Shown piece after piece: positions 34,882-43,851 of a DNA stretch of 64,000 nucleotides (the stretch's first letter is position 1; each line of letters starts with the position of its first letter). The translations under genes were made by a program, and so were the position numbers. Under the pieces are notes generated by a model that worked only from the letters and a program-made list of their open reading frames with translations, made no database searches and was not told where the DNA came from. The stretch is from Verrucomicrobiota bacterium. GTDB taxonomy: Bacteria > Verrucomicrobiota > Kiritimatiellia > UBA8416 > SLMC01. The DNA lies in the NCBI GenBank assembly GCA_030018915.1, contig JASEHE010000001.1, positions 15,843-79,842 on the forward strand. The letters are read 5' to 3'.

Positions 34882-36606
34882 CTACTCGCCCCCGCCCGTG
34901 ATGCTGAGCGCGGCATCCAGACTGGTGATGCCGTCGCGGACTTTGTTGAGTCCGATCTCCTTCAGGCTGAGCATGCCCTTCTTCTTGGCGTGGGCCGCGA
35001 GGTCCTTGGAGCTCAGGCCGTTGAGGATGTCCGCGCGCAATTCCCGGTCCACGGGGAGCGCCTCCATGATGGCCATGCGACCCTTATACCCGCTGTTGCG
35101 GCATTTCATGCAGCTGCCGGCCTCGTAGGTGGTCACACCATCGAACAACTCCGGAGAAATGTTGTACCCCCGGAGCAACTTTGTCTGGAGTTCTTTGGCG
35201 GGTTTCTTGCAGGATGGGCATAGTTTGCGGAGCAGGCGCTGGGCCTGGGCCAGGATCAGCGCCGAGGAGAGGAGCGAAGGCTCCACGCCCATGTCCACCA
35301 TGCGGGTGATCGCGCTCGGGGCGTCGTTCGTGTGCAGGGTGCTGAGCACCAGGTGCCCGGTCAGCGCCGCCTTGATGGCGATGTCCGCCGTCTCGTTGTC
35401 GCGAATCTCTCCCACGAGGATGATGTCGGGGCTCTGCCGGAGCACCGACCGTAGCGCCGCGGCAAACGTCAACCCAATGAACGAATTGATCTGCACCTGA
35501 TTGACGCCCGGCAGTTGATACTCCACGGGGTCTTCGCACGTGACGATGTTCACGTCCGGTTGGTTGAGTTCCATGAGGCAGGAGTAGAGCGTCGTCGTCT
35601 TGCCGCTGCCAGTGGGCCCTGTGACGAGCAGAATGCCGTTTGGCTCCGAGATGGCCCTTCGCATGGCGACATAGGCCGCCTCGTCCAGCCCGAGCGCGGA
35701 CAGGCTCGGGAAAAGCGCCGCCCTGTCGAGAATCCGCATGACCGTTTTCTCGCCGAAAATCGTCGGCAGCATGTTGACGCGCAGGTCCACCTCCTTGCCC
35801 AGGGCTCGGAGTTTGATCCGGCCGTCCTGAGGCACGCGGTGTTCGGCGATATCCATATTGGACATCAGCTTCATGCGCGAGACAACGGCGCCCTGGAGGC
35901 TCTTCGGAGGCCCGGGAACTTCCATGAGCGCTCCGTCAATCCGGTAGCGCAGGCGCAGCGTCTTCTCCTGCGGCTCAAGGTGAATGTCGCTGGCGCTCTG
36001 GCGCAAGGCTTCCACGAGAACCATGCTGACTATGCGGACGACCGTGCTGCCTCCGGACCGTTCGATGATGGCCTCGATAGATTCGTCTTCCTCATCCCGG
36101 ACTTTCTGATGGGTGATCTCCTGGTCGGAATCGGCCTCCTTGAGGATTTCCTCCATGTTCATCCCTTCCATCTGGTCCGGGAAGGCCCGTTCGAAGGTTT
36201 CGGTGATCTCTTTCTCCGCGGCGACCAGGGGTGTGATCTCCAGCCCCGTCATCACATGCAGCTCGTCGCGGGCGATCAGGTCGAACGGATCGGCCAGCGC
36301 CACGGTCAGCGTGTTACCCATCTTGGCGATCGGGATGACCCGGCGCCGGATGAGCATCTCGCGCGACACGGAGTCAAGCAGATGGGCCGGCGGCGCAAAG
36401 TGGGAGAGCGCGATCGGAACGATGCCGAGATACTCGGCGAGGGTCAGCGTCATGTCGGATGCGCTCACCAAGTTCTTTTCCAGCAGGTGCTTCTCGATCC
36501 GGATGCCCTGGGAGAAAGCCTCATGCTCGGCCGCCGCGAGCGCGGCGGGATCGATCAACCCGCGCTTGACCAGAATGTCGGTAATTTTGCCGAGGGCCAT
36601 GGCCAT
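34882..36606 (-). CDS. pilB: Type IV pilus / T2SS assembly ATPase (PilB/GspE family), paralogue 2
   Basis: 574 aa. MALGKITDILVKRGLIDPAAL N-terminus, Walker A LVTGPTGSGKTTTLYS, GVNQVQINSFIGLTFAAALRSVLRQSPDIILVGEIRD, CPSCKK...CMKC. Confidence 0.85.
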   Translation of the reverse strand: MAMALGKITDILVKRGLIDPAALAAAEHEAFSQGIRIEKHLLEKNLVSASDMTLTLAEYLGIVPIALSHFAPPAHLLDSVSREMLIRRRVIPIAKMGNTLTVALADPFDLIARDELHVMTGLEITPLVAAEKEITETFERAFPDQMEGMNMEEILKEADSDQEITHQKVRDEEDESIEAIIERSGGSTVVRIVSMVLVEALRQSASDIHLEPQEKTLRLRYRIDGALMEVPGPPKSLQGAVVSRMKLMSNMDIAEHRVPQDGRIKLRALGKEVDLRVNMLPTIFGEKTVMRILDRAALFPSLSALGLDEAAYVAMRRAISEPNGILLVTGPTGSGKTTTLYSCLMELNQPDVNIVTCEDPVEYQLPGVNQVQINSFIGLTFAAALRSVLRQSPDIILVGEIRDNETADIAIKAALTGHLVLSTLHTNDAPSAITRMVDMGVEPSLLSSALILAQAQRLLRKLCPSCKKPAKELQTKLLRGYNISPELFDGVTTYEAGSCMKCRNSGYKGRMAIMEALPVDRELRADILNGLSSKDLAAHAKKKGMLSLKEIGLNKVRDGITSLDAALSITGGGE

Positions 36607-36722
36607 GTAGACCTCTCAAGTTTTCAACGCTATTGTGCCACAGCCCGCAACGAGTGGCAATGCCGAGTGTTTTGAGCTTGTCAAGGGAGGCGCAGTCTAT
36701 ATCATGTTACCGATCTTCTCTC

Positions 36723-36799
36723 GGGGACGTGGCGCAATTGGTTAGCGCATCAGATTGTCGATCTGAGGGTTGCGAGTTCGAGCCTCGTCGTCCCCGCCA
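36723..36799 (+). tRNA. tRNA-Asp (anticodon GTC)
   Basis: Hand-folded cloverleaf: acceptor GGGGACG/CGTCCCC, D-stem GCGC/GCGC, anticodon stem TCAGA/TCTGA with loop TTGTCGA (GTC), T-arm GCGAG-TTCGAGC-CTCGT, discriminator G, CCA encoded. Confidence 0.88.
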
Positions 36800-36849
36800 G
36801 TCTTCGTTCGGAGCGTAGCCGCCTTCGCCAAAGACAGACGCGCCCGGGA

Positions 36850-37785
36850 TCACAGAATCTTGAACTTGGGCAAGTCCTGGATGTCAACGGCGCCAACGAG
36901 GCGGTTCTGCCCGTCCACGACCAGCAGATCGTCAATCTTGTGCTCCTCGAAGGTCTTGAGCACGTCAATCGCGAGCTGGTCGCTCGCCACCGTAACGGGC
37001 GAACGAGTCATCACCTTTCCAAGCGGCATGTCCAGCAGCCGCTCGCGCGTGGGCAGTCTCCGCCGCAGATCGCCGTCCGTGAAGATTCCGAGCAGGCGGT
37101 TTTCGCCGTCCACGATTCCCGCCGATCCGGAGCGCGCCCGTGTCATGGCCAGCAGCGCGTCTTTGACCGTCGCGGTCTCGGAGAGACTGGCAAGCCGGTC
37201 GGCGGTTCGCATGATGTCGGACACGCGGAGGAGCAGGGCGCGGCCGATCACTCCGCCGGGGTGGAGTTTGGCGTAGTCTTCCCTGCGGAACCCCTGGGCT
37301 TCCAGCAGCACCATCGCCAGCGCGTCGCCCATGGCAAGCGTAGCCGTCGTGCTGGCGGTCGGGGCGAGATTGAAAGGACAGGCCTCGCGGTCAACCGCCA
37401 CGGTGAGGGCGATATCTCCGGATTTGGCCAGCGTGCTGCCGAGGTCTCCCGTCAGCGCAATGATCCGGACCCCGATCCGTTTGACGACGGGCAGAAGAGC
37501 GACGAGTTCCTCCGATTCGCCGCTGTAGCTCAGGGCGAGCAGCGCGTCGCCGGCGCACAGGATACCCAGGTCCCCGTGGATGGCCTGGGCGGGGCTGAGG
37601 AAGACGCTGGTTGATCCCGTGCTAGCGAGGGTGGCCGAAATTTTCTGGGCGACATGCAGATTCTTGCCGATGCCGGTGACGACGATCTTCTTCCCGGCCC
37701 GGAGGCACTCGAGCAGGATGTCCACGGCGCGGTCAAAGGCGGGACCGATGTTGTCGCGGACTTTCCGCAAGCCCTCGATCTCCAT
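36850..37785 (-). CDS. kpsF: Arabinose-5-phosphate isomerase (KpsF/GutQ family; SIS + tandem CBS domains)
   Basis: SIS domain (GKKIVVTGIGKNLHVAQKISATLASTGS...) followed by CBS pair. Start chosen at MEIEGLRKV. Confidence 0.75.
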   Translation of the reverse strand: MEIEGLRKVRDNIGPAFDRAVDILLECLRAGKKIVVTGIGKNLHVAQKISATLASTGSTSVFLSPAQAIHGDLGILCAGDALLALSYSGESEELVALLPVVKRIGVRIIALTGDLGSTLAKSGDIALTVAVDREACPFNLAPTASTTATLAMGDALAMVLLEAQGFRREDYAKLHPGGVIGRALLLRVSDIMRTADRLASLSETATVKDALLAMTRARSGSAGIVDGENRLLGIFTDGDLRRRLPTRERLLDMPLGKVMTRSPVTVASDQLAIDVLKTFEEHKIDDLLVVDGQNRLVGAVDIQDLPKFKIL

Positions 37786-38057
37786 CGTGACGACGTCCCG
37801 GCCTTTTCCCGTATAGTTCACTCGGCCTCCCGGCGCCGGAGCTCCGGTTTCCGGTCCGCGCCTTTCCGGTCCACTCACGGCAGAATGAGAGCAGGCTACA
37901 AGGTTCGGAAAAAAAACGCAACCGGAAGATTATGCGCCCACAGTTTCGGCTATGCAACGCCCCGCCGATTTCGTACAAGATGGCCTGGTCTTGACCGATC
38001 GGCGCCGTGCGGCCGGCGACTGGAACGACTAGCCCACGACACAAAGAGCGTTCGGCT

Positions 38058-39230
38058 ATGGCTCGAGAACTGGCATTTGTCCTCATCAATCCCTACACGA
38101 TTGCCAAGTCCAGAACGGGCGGGGTGATCGCCCGGTACATGTGCCGCACGGACCTGGAGTTCGTGGCGGCGCGGATGTTCGGGCCGAGCCGGGAATTGGT
38201 TGCGCGCTACGCGAAGCACGTCCGGCGCGCGGACCCGGAACATGAGCAGACCTGCGCGCTGATCGCCGACTACATCCAGCGCGCCTACGCGCCGGACCCG
38301 GCGACAGGCATGCCCCGGCGGGTCATGCTGCTGCTCTTCGAGGGAGAGGACGCCATCGCGAAAATCTGGGAGGTGACGGGCAGCGCGACGTTGAAATACG
38401 GCAGCGGTGAAACCATTCGGGACACCTACGGGGACTATGTCTTGGACGACAAGGGCAGCGTGCTGTACTTCGAGCCGGCGGTGCTGGTGGCGCCCGGCCG
38501 GGCGCGCGCCGCGGCCACCCTGAACATCTGGGCGGAGCGCTCGGCGACGGACGGAGGCCTGGTCGAAGGGGCCGGAGACGTGCCGCGCGGCGCGGAGATT
38601 CAGCGCACACTCGTGCTGCTGAAGCCGGACAATTTTCGTTTTCCAAGCGCCCGGCCAGGCGGCATCATAGACATTCTCTCTTCGTCCGGTCTCCGCATCG
38701 TGGGGGCGAAGAAGTTCTGCATGACAGTCGCGCAGGCGGAGGCGTTCTACGCGCCGGTTCTGGAGAGCTTTCGCGCGCGGTTCGCGAAGACGATCCCGGC
38801 TCGCGCGGCTCAGGCGCTGTCCCGAGAATTCGAGCTGCCTGTGCCGGAGAGCATGGTGATCGACGCATGCGAACAAGTGGCGTCCACCTTCGCGCAGCAG
38901 CAGTTCGAGGGCATTGTGGAGTTCATGACGGGCTATCGGCCCTCCAAAGTCTCGGAGGCGGAGAAGAAGGCCCTCGGGCATGAAGGATGCCTTGCCCTGG
39001 TGTACGAGGGCGTGGATGCGGTGCGGAAGATTCGCGCGATCATTGGAACCACCGATCCCAACAATGCTCGGCCGGGATCGGTTCGGCGGGAATTCGGCAC
39101 GAACATCATGGTCAACGCCGTTCACGCGTCGGATTCCGCCGAGAGCGCGGAACGCGAGCTGGCCATCGTCAATCTGGCCGAGGACACGGTTAAGGCGTGG
39201 ATCGAGAAGTACTATGGGACGGCGCCGTAA
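38058..39230 (+). CDS. ndk: Tandem-domain nucleoside-diphosphate kinase-like protein (degenerate N-terminal NDK domain + catalytic C-terminal NDK domain)
   Basis: The C-terminal half carries ERTLVLLKPD and NIMVNAVHASDSAESAEREL (NDK catalytic His motif N-x-x-H-G/A-S-D-S). The N-terminal half (ELAFVLINPYTIAKSRTGGVIARYM) is NDK-like but lacks the catalytic His motif. Confidence 0.65.
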   Translation: MARELAFVLINPYTIAKSRTGGVIARYMCRTDLEFVAARMFGPSRELVARYAKHVRRADPEHEQTCALIADYIQRAYAPDPATGMPRRVMLLLFEGEDAIAKIWEVTGSATLKYGSGETIRDTYGDYVLDDKGSVLYFEPAVLVAPGRARAAATLNIWAERSATDGGLVEGAGDVPRGAEIQRTLVLLKPDNFRFPSARPGGIIDILSSSGLRIVGAKKFCMTVAQAEAFYAPVLESFRARFAKTIPARAAQALSREFELPVPESMVIDACEQVASTFAQQQFEGIVEFMTGYRPSKVSEAEKKALGHEGCLALVYEGVDAVRKIRAIIGTTDPNNARPGSVRREFGTNIMVNAVHASDSAESAERELAIVNLAEDTVKAWIEKYYGTAP

Positions 39231-39282
39231 CCGGCGCTGGGAACGTTCGTCGTTGTTCGCGCGAGAATAGAAAGGTTGCCCC

Positions 39283-40458
39283 ATGGGCAAGAGAAATCTC
39301 TTGAATCCGAGGATCGCCGGCATTCCGCCGTCCGAGACGCTCGGAATTGCCGCCCTGGCGAAGAAACTGGCGGCCGAGGGCCGAAAGGTGTGCGACTTTT
39401 CAGCCGGCGAACCCGACTTCGACACGCCCGACCACATCAAGGAATCGGCAGTCAATGCGCTAAAGAACGGAAAAACCAAGTACACGCCCGCCGCCGGCCT
39501 TCCCGAACTGCGCTCAGCCATCGCAAAGAAGCTGAAGAAAGACAACGACCTGACCTACGAGCCGCGCCAGATCGTCGTCAGCAACGGGGCCAAACATTCC
39601 CTCTTCAACGTCATCCTCACGATCTGCCGGGAAGGCGATGAGGTGATCATCCCTGGGCCATGGTGGCTGAGCTACCCGGAAATGGTCAAGATCGCCGGCG
39701 CCAGGCCGGTCTATGTGTACGCGCCGGAGTCGAAAGGCTTCAAGCCGGAGTCGGGGGACTTCGAGAGAGCGGTGACGTCCAGGACGAAGGCGATCATTCT
39801 CAACAGCCCCTGCAACCCGAGCGGGATCGTCTACACGCGCGACGAGTTGAAGGCGATTGCCGCCATCGCCGTCCGCCACGATCTGTTTGTCGTTGCCGAC
39901 GAAATCTACGAGAGCCTCGTCTATGACGGAGCCACGCACGTGAGTCTGGCGAGCTTCGGCCGGAAAATCTATGACCGCACCATCACGGTGAACGGGTTCA
40001 GCAAGGCATGGTCCATGACCGGATGGCGGATGGGCTACCTGGCGGCCGCGCCGGCGGTTGCCGACGCGGTCACAGCGTTCCAGAGCCACAGCACGTCGGC
40101 GCCCAACACGTTTGCCCAGTACGGCGCGGTGGCTGCGATCGAGGGGACGGGGTCGGACGTGGCGGGCATGGTGAGCGCGTTTGCGGAACGGCGGGCCGTC
40201 ATGTACCGGCGGCTGACCTCGATTGAGGGCATCACGTGCGTGAAACCCATGGGAGCGTTCTACATGTTCCCCAACGTTTCCGGTTTCGGCATTTCAGCGG
40301 CGGAATTCGCGAAGCGGCTCCTCGAGCAGCAGGCCGTGGCCGTGGTGCCTGGCGGCGCCTTCGGCGGCGAAGGAAATATCCGTCTCTCCTATGCCTGCGG
40401 CATGGACGATATTCGCGAAGGCATGGACCGGCTCGAGAAGTTCGTGAAGTCCCTATGA
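39283..40458 (+). CDS. aspC: Aspartate/aromatic aminotransferase (class I PLP-dependent aminotransferase)
   Basis: 391 aa. SAGEPDFDTPDHIKESA, NSPCNPSGIVY, PLP-Lys region GFSKAWSMTGWRMGY. Confidence 0.75.
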   Translation: MGKRNLLNPRIAGIPPSETLGIAALAKKLAAEGRKVCDFSAGEPDFDTPDHIKESAVNALKNGKTKYTPAAGLPELRSAIAKKLKKDNDLTYEPRQIVVSNGAKHSLFNVILTICREGDEVIIPGPWWLSYPEMVKIAGARPVYVYAPESKGFKPESGDFERAVTSRTKAIILNSPCNPSGIVYTRDELKAIAAIAVRHDLFVVADEIYESLVYDGATHVSLASFGRKIYDRTITVNGFSKAWSMTGWRMGYLAAAPAVADAVTAFQSHSTSAPNTFAQYGAVAAIEGTGSDVAGMVSAFAERRAVMYRRLTSIEGITCVKPMGAFYMFPNVSGFGISAAEFAKRLLEQQAVAVVPGGAFGGEGNIRLSYACGMDDIREGMDRLEKFVKSL

Positions 40459-40520
40459 TCCCGGCGGCAGGGCAGGCCGCTATCCCCATCCCTGAGTGTC
40501 CGTGTTCCTGCTCACAGCCT

Positions 40521-40602
40521 GGGCGAGTGGCGGAACTGGCAGACGCGCAAGACTTAGGATCTTGTGCCGAAAGGCATCCGGGTTCGAATCCCGGCTCGCC
40601 CA
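40521..40602 (+). tRNA. tRNA-Leu (anticodon TAG), type II with long variable arm; CCA not encoded
   Basis: Acceptor GGGCGAG/CTCGCCC, anticodon stem CAAGA/TCTTG with loop CTTAGGA (TAG), variable arm TGCCGAAAGGCAT, T-arm CCGGG-TTCGAAT-CCCGG, discriminator A. Confidence 0.85.
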
Positions 40603-40604
40603 CT

Positions 40605-40626
40605 TTTCGACTTTCCAGTTTCACGT
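40605..40626. repeat. GAAAC heptad-repeat element copy downstream of rlmI and tRNA-Leu
   Basis: Plus strand TTTTCGACTTTCCAGTTTCACG = minus strand CGTGAAACTGGAAAGTCGAAAA, directly 3' of the rlmI stop. Confidence 0.45.
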
Positions 40627-40629
40627 CGT

Positions 40630-41820
40630 TCAGTCCACTCGGCAGATCAAGCCCTTGAGGTAATGGCCTTCCGGAAAGCTCAGAAGCACTGGGTGATCCG
40701 GGGACTGGCCGAGAAAACGGAGAATGGAGGCCGGCCGCTTGGCGTCCAGGGCAGCGTCGGCCACGATTTTCTGGAACAGCGGCGGAGGAATCCGTCCGGA
40801 GCAGGAGAAGGTGAACAGGAAACCGCCAGGCTTGAGCAACTGGAACGCCAGCATGTTGATGTCTTTGTAGCCCCGGCTCGCCCACATGACCTGTGCTGCC
40901 GAAGCGGCGAATTTCGGCGGGTCGAGAACGACAACGTCGAATTGCCGCTTCGCTTCGCGAAACCGGCGGAGGACTTGGAAGGCGTCGTGCGCCACATTCT
41001 CCGCGGCGGCCGCTGGAAACCCATTGAGATCGGCATTCCGTTGCGCCAGCGAGAGCGCTTCCGCGGACGTGTCCACGTTGACCACGCTTTTCGCCCCGCC
41101 TTTCAGGGCCCACAAACCGAATCCGCCCGTGTAGGCAAACGCGTTGAGCACGTCAGCGCCGGCGCAAAACTCGGGCAGCATGGCCCGGTTCACCCGCTGG
41201 TCGAGATAGAATCCGGTCTTGTGGCCCTTGCGGATGTCCGCCAGAATGCGGACGTCGCCTTCTCGGATTTCGATGAGCGCCGGCGGTTCGCGTCCGGCCA
41301 GGACGCCGGTTGCTGGTTGGAGACCCTCCCTTGACCGCGCCTCGGTTTCGGATCGCTCGAAAATTCCGGCCGCTGGAAATGCCGCCTGCAGTTGCTCGAC
41401 AATCTCATTCTTGCAGCGCTCTACGCCGGCAAAGAGGAACTGGCACACGAGAAAGCCGGCATAGTGATCCACGATGAGGCCCGGCAGTCCGTCCGACTCC
41501 GCGTTGACAAGGCGGCAGGCGAACTGGGGCGCGATCAGATTCATGGCAGCCCGCGTCGCGATCGCGCGCTTCAGGCGGTCGGCGAAGAAGGCCGGCCCGA
41601 TCTCTTCGTCCAGGGCGAACGTCCAGGTCCGAACCCGGATTTGCGAGGCGGGCGAACAGGCGCCGCGCGCCAGTCGGCGTCCGTCGCTCGCCGCGATGTC
41701 CACGGTCTCCCCGGCCGCGCCCACGTCCATATCCTCGCGGCGCAACGCGCCGGAAAAGACCCAGGGGTGCCGGCGGAGCAACGACTCATCGCGGCCGGAT
41801 TTGAGCGTCAGCGTGGTCAT
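40630..41820 (-). CDS. rlmI: 23S rRNA m5C methyltransferase (RlmI-like; PUA + class I SAM MTase)
   Basis: Start at MTTLTLKSGRDESLLRRHPWVFSGAL (PUA-like N-terminus). SAM-binding VLNAFAYTGGFGLWA and VVLDPPKF motif. The longer ORF prefix is R/G/P-rich junk overlapping lpxB. Confidence 0.65.
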   Translation of the reverse strand: MTTLTLKSGRDESLLRRHPWVFSGALRREDMDVGAAGETVDIAASDGRRLARGACSPASQIRVRTWTFALDEEIGPAFFADRLKRAIATRAAMNLIAPQFACRLVNAESDGLPGLIVDHYAGFLVCQFLFAGVERCKNEIVEQLQAAFPAAGIFERSETEARSREGLQPATGVLAGREPPALIEIREGDVRILADIRKGHKTGFYLDQRVNRAMLPEFCAGADVLNAFAYTGGFGLWALKGGAKSVVNVDTSAEALSLAQRNADLNGFPAAAAENVAHDAFQVLRRFREAKRQFDVVVLDPPKFAASAAQVMWASRGYKDINMLAFQLLKPGGFLFTFSCSGRIPPPLFQKIVADAALDAKRPASILRFLGQSPDHPVLLSFPEGHYLKGLICRVD

Positions 41821-42965
41821 GACCGGGACTTCGCGTTCAGGGTGGCGAGCGCCAGGTCGGCCGCCCGCTCGGCGGCGCCGCCTGGACCGAGCGCCGCGTT
41901 GGCGCGGCATAGTCCCTCGATCATGGCGCGACGTTCCGGCGTGTCGGCGAGCAGGGATGAGAGAGCCCCGGCCAGGGCGTCCGGCGTGGCCGCAGCCTGG
42001 ATGAATTCCGGGCAGACCCGGCGGCCTGCCACGATATTGACCATGCCGATGCTGTCCACGCTCACGAGCCGCCTGGCGAGCAGGTAGTTCAGCCACGGCA
42101 TGCGGTAGACGATGATCATGGGACATTCCATGAGCGACGCCTCAATTGTGGCCGTGCCGGATGCGACCATGGCGGCATCGGCCTGGCGCAGGACCTGCCG
42201 CGTGTTGCCCGTCACCACGGCCCAGCGCAGGGGGCCGGCAGGCAGCGCCCGGATGCGCTCACGCAGGAACTCCTCGACCCGCGCGGTCGGCGCGGCCAGA
42301 ATGAAGGCGGCGCCCTCGTGTTCCCGCTCCACCCGCAGGGCAGCGGCCCACATCACCGGCAAAACGTGTCCGATCACGTGCAGGCGGCTGCCCGGCAGCA
42401 GCGCGACGCGCGGCGCGCCCGACCAGGGCAGTTCCGGTTTCGGCGCCGCCCGGGCCGCCCGGGACTCGTCCACCAGCGGGTGCCCCGCGAAATCCACGCG
42501 CAGGCCGGTGTCGCGGAAATGTTCGGCTTCAAACGGGAAGATCGCAATCAGCCGGTCCACCACGCGGGCCATCTTCGGAATGCGCGAGCGGCGCCAGGCC
42601 CAGATCTGCGGGCACACGTAATAGATGACCTTCATGCCCAGCGCGCGCGCCTCCTTGGCGAAGCGGAGGTTGAAGCCCGGATAGTCCACCAGGATCACCG
42701 CCTCCGGCCGTCTCGCGCGGGCCAGCCGGAGCAGGTCACGGAACACGCGCCGGAAGAAGAACAGACGCCGCGCCACCTCCACGAAGCCCATCACGGCCAT
42801 GTCCTTGATGTCGTAGAGCGTCTCCATGCCGGCGGCGCGCAGTTCCGGCCCGCCTACTCCGAAGAACCGCAACGAAGGATCGCGCTGCCCGAGCGCGCGA
42901 GCGAGCTGGGCGGCGTGCATGTCGCCCGAGACTTCGCCGGCAATAACCATGATCAATCGCTGAGA
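41817..42965 (-). CDS. lpxB: Lipid-A-disaccharide synthase
   Basis: Start at MSQRLIMVIAGEVSGDMHAAQLARAL, the canonical LpxB N-terminus (GE(A/V)SGD). ~382 aa GT-B fold. Confidence 0.8.
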   Translation of the reverse strand, partial: SQRLIMVIAGEVSGDMHAAQLARALGQRDPSLRFFGVGGPELRAAGMETLYDIKDMAVMGFVEVARRLFFFRRVFRDLLRLARARRPEAVILVDYPGFNLRFAKEARALGMKVIYYVCPQIWAWRRSRIPKMARVVDRLIAIFPFEAEHFRDTGLRVDFAGHPLVDESRAARAAPKPELPWSGAPRVALLPGSRLHVIGHVLPVMWAAALRVEREHEGAAFILAAPTARVEEFLRERIRALPAGPLRWAVVTGNTRQVLRQADAAMVASGTATIEASLMECPMIIVYRMPWLNYLLARRLVSVDSIGMVNIVAGRRVCPEFIQAAATPDALAGALSSLLADTPERRAMIEGLCRANAALGPGGAAERAADLALATLNAKSRS

Positions 42966-43603
42966 CATGAGGCTAAGCCTGGACTGACGCTCCTTGCGGC
43001 GCGTGATAGAAGCAGCATAGAACACTGACAGCGGATTTGCGCGGTGCAGTTATATTATTGGCAGCGGAATGCTTTCCGCAAACCCGCCGCAATGTCACAA
43101 TATGGCGGAACAAAGTCAACAGAATCAATGGGGCGGGATCACCCGGCGTATCGCTTTGCGAAGGGAGCCGGAGACGTGTTTGTGGCGCGAAGCGCGCTGG
43201 GGGTGGAAGTGGAAGTGAGTCGGGAGGGGATGCGGCTGCGGAAGGGAACGGAGGATTGGGTCATAAGCGCCGTTGGGCTGGGCGGTCAGCCCGAGTGCGT
43301 GGGGGCGAATCGTGTGGAGGTGGATCGGGGCTGGGCGCGGGAATGGGTTGTAAACGGTCCGAAGGGGTTGGAGCAGGGCTGGAACGCGCCCAGGCGGCCG
43401 GAGGCGTTGGCGTCGGGCAATGGTTGGCGCGTGGCCTTGAGACAGGGCGGCGCGTTGCGGGCCAAGACGGTATCGGAAGACGGGTTGTCCGTGACCGTGG
43501 CGGATCGGGCGGGCGCCGTTGTTTTCCGGTGCTGTGGCCTGAATGCGCGCGACCGGAGACAATGATGCCCTGACATCAACAGTCATGATGCTACTATGCC
43601 ACC

Positions 43604-43851
43604 ATGAGAACAACACTGACGATAGACGACGATGTTCTAGACAAGGCCAGGTCGCTTGCCGGCCGACTGCGCAGTCCCTTCCCCGGCGCGTGGTCAATGA
43701 GGCGCTTCGCGCCGGTTTGGAGGCGGTGGAGGAACCCGCCCGCGCCCGACCGTACCGCGCGCGGTCCCGCAAGCTGGGACTGAAAGACGGAAGGAGTCCG
43801 GACAACATCCAGGAGTTGATCGCGCAGATAGATGGGGAGGAGCGCCGGTGA
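43604..43851 (+). pseudogene. vapB: VapB-family antitoxin, interrupted by a frameshift in a C-homopolymer (43677-43685)
   Basis: Frame 2 reads MRTTLTIDDDVLDKARSLAGRLRSPF then runs out of frame. Frame 1 continues ...RRVVNEALRAGLEAVEEPARARPYRARSRKLGLKDGRSPDNIQELIAQIDGEERR and ends in ATGA overlap with vapC. Adding one C in the cccttcccc run restores a single ORF. Confidence 0.5.

Noticed and set aside
36633-36818. 61-aa ORF overlapping 36723-36799 and the 140-aa ORF at 40236-40658
   Set aside because: Both are read-throughs of tRNA genes (tRNA-Asp and tRNA-Leu respectively). The cloverleaf structures fold cleanly.
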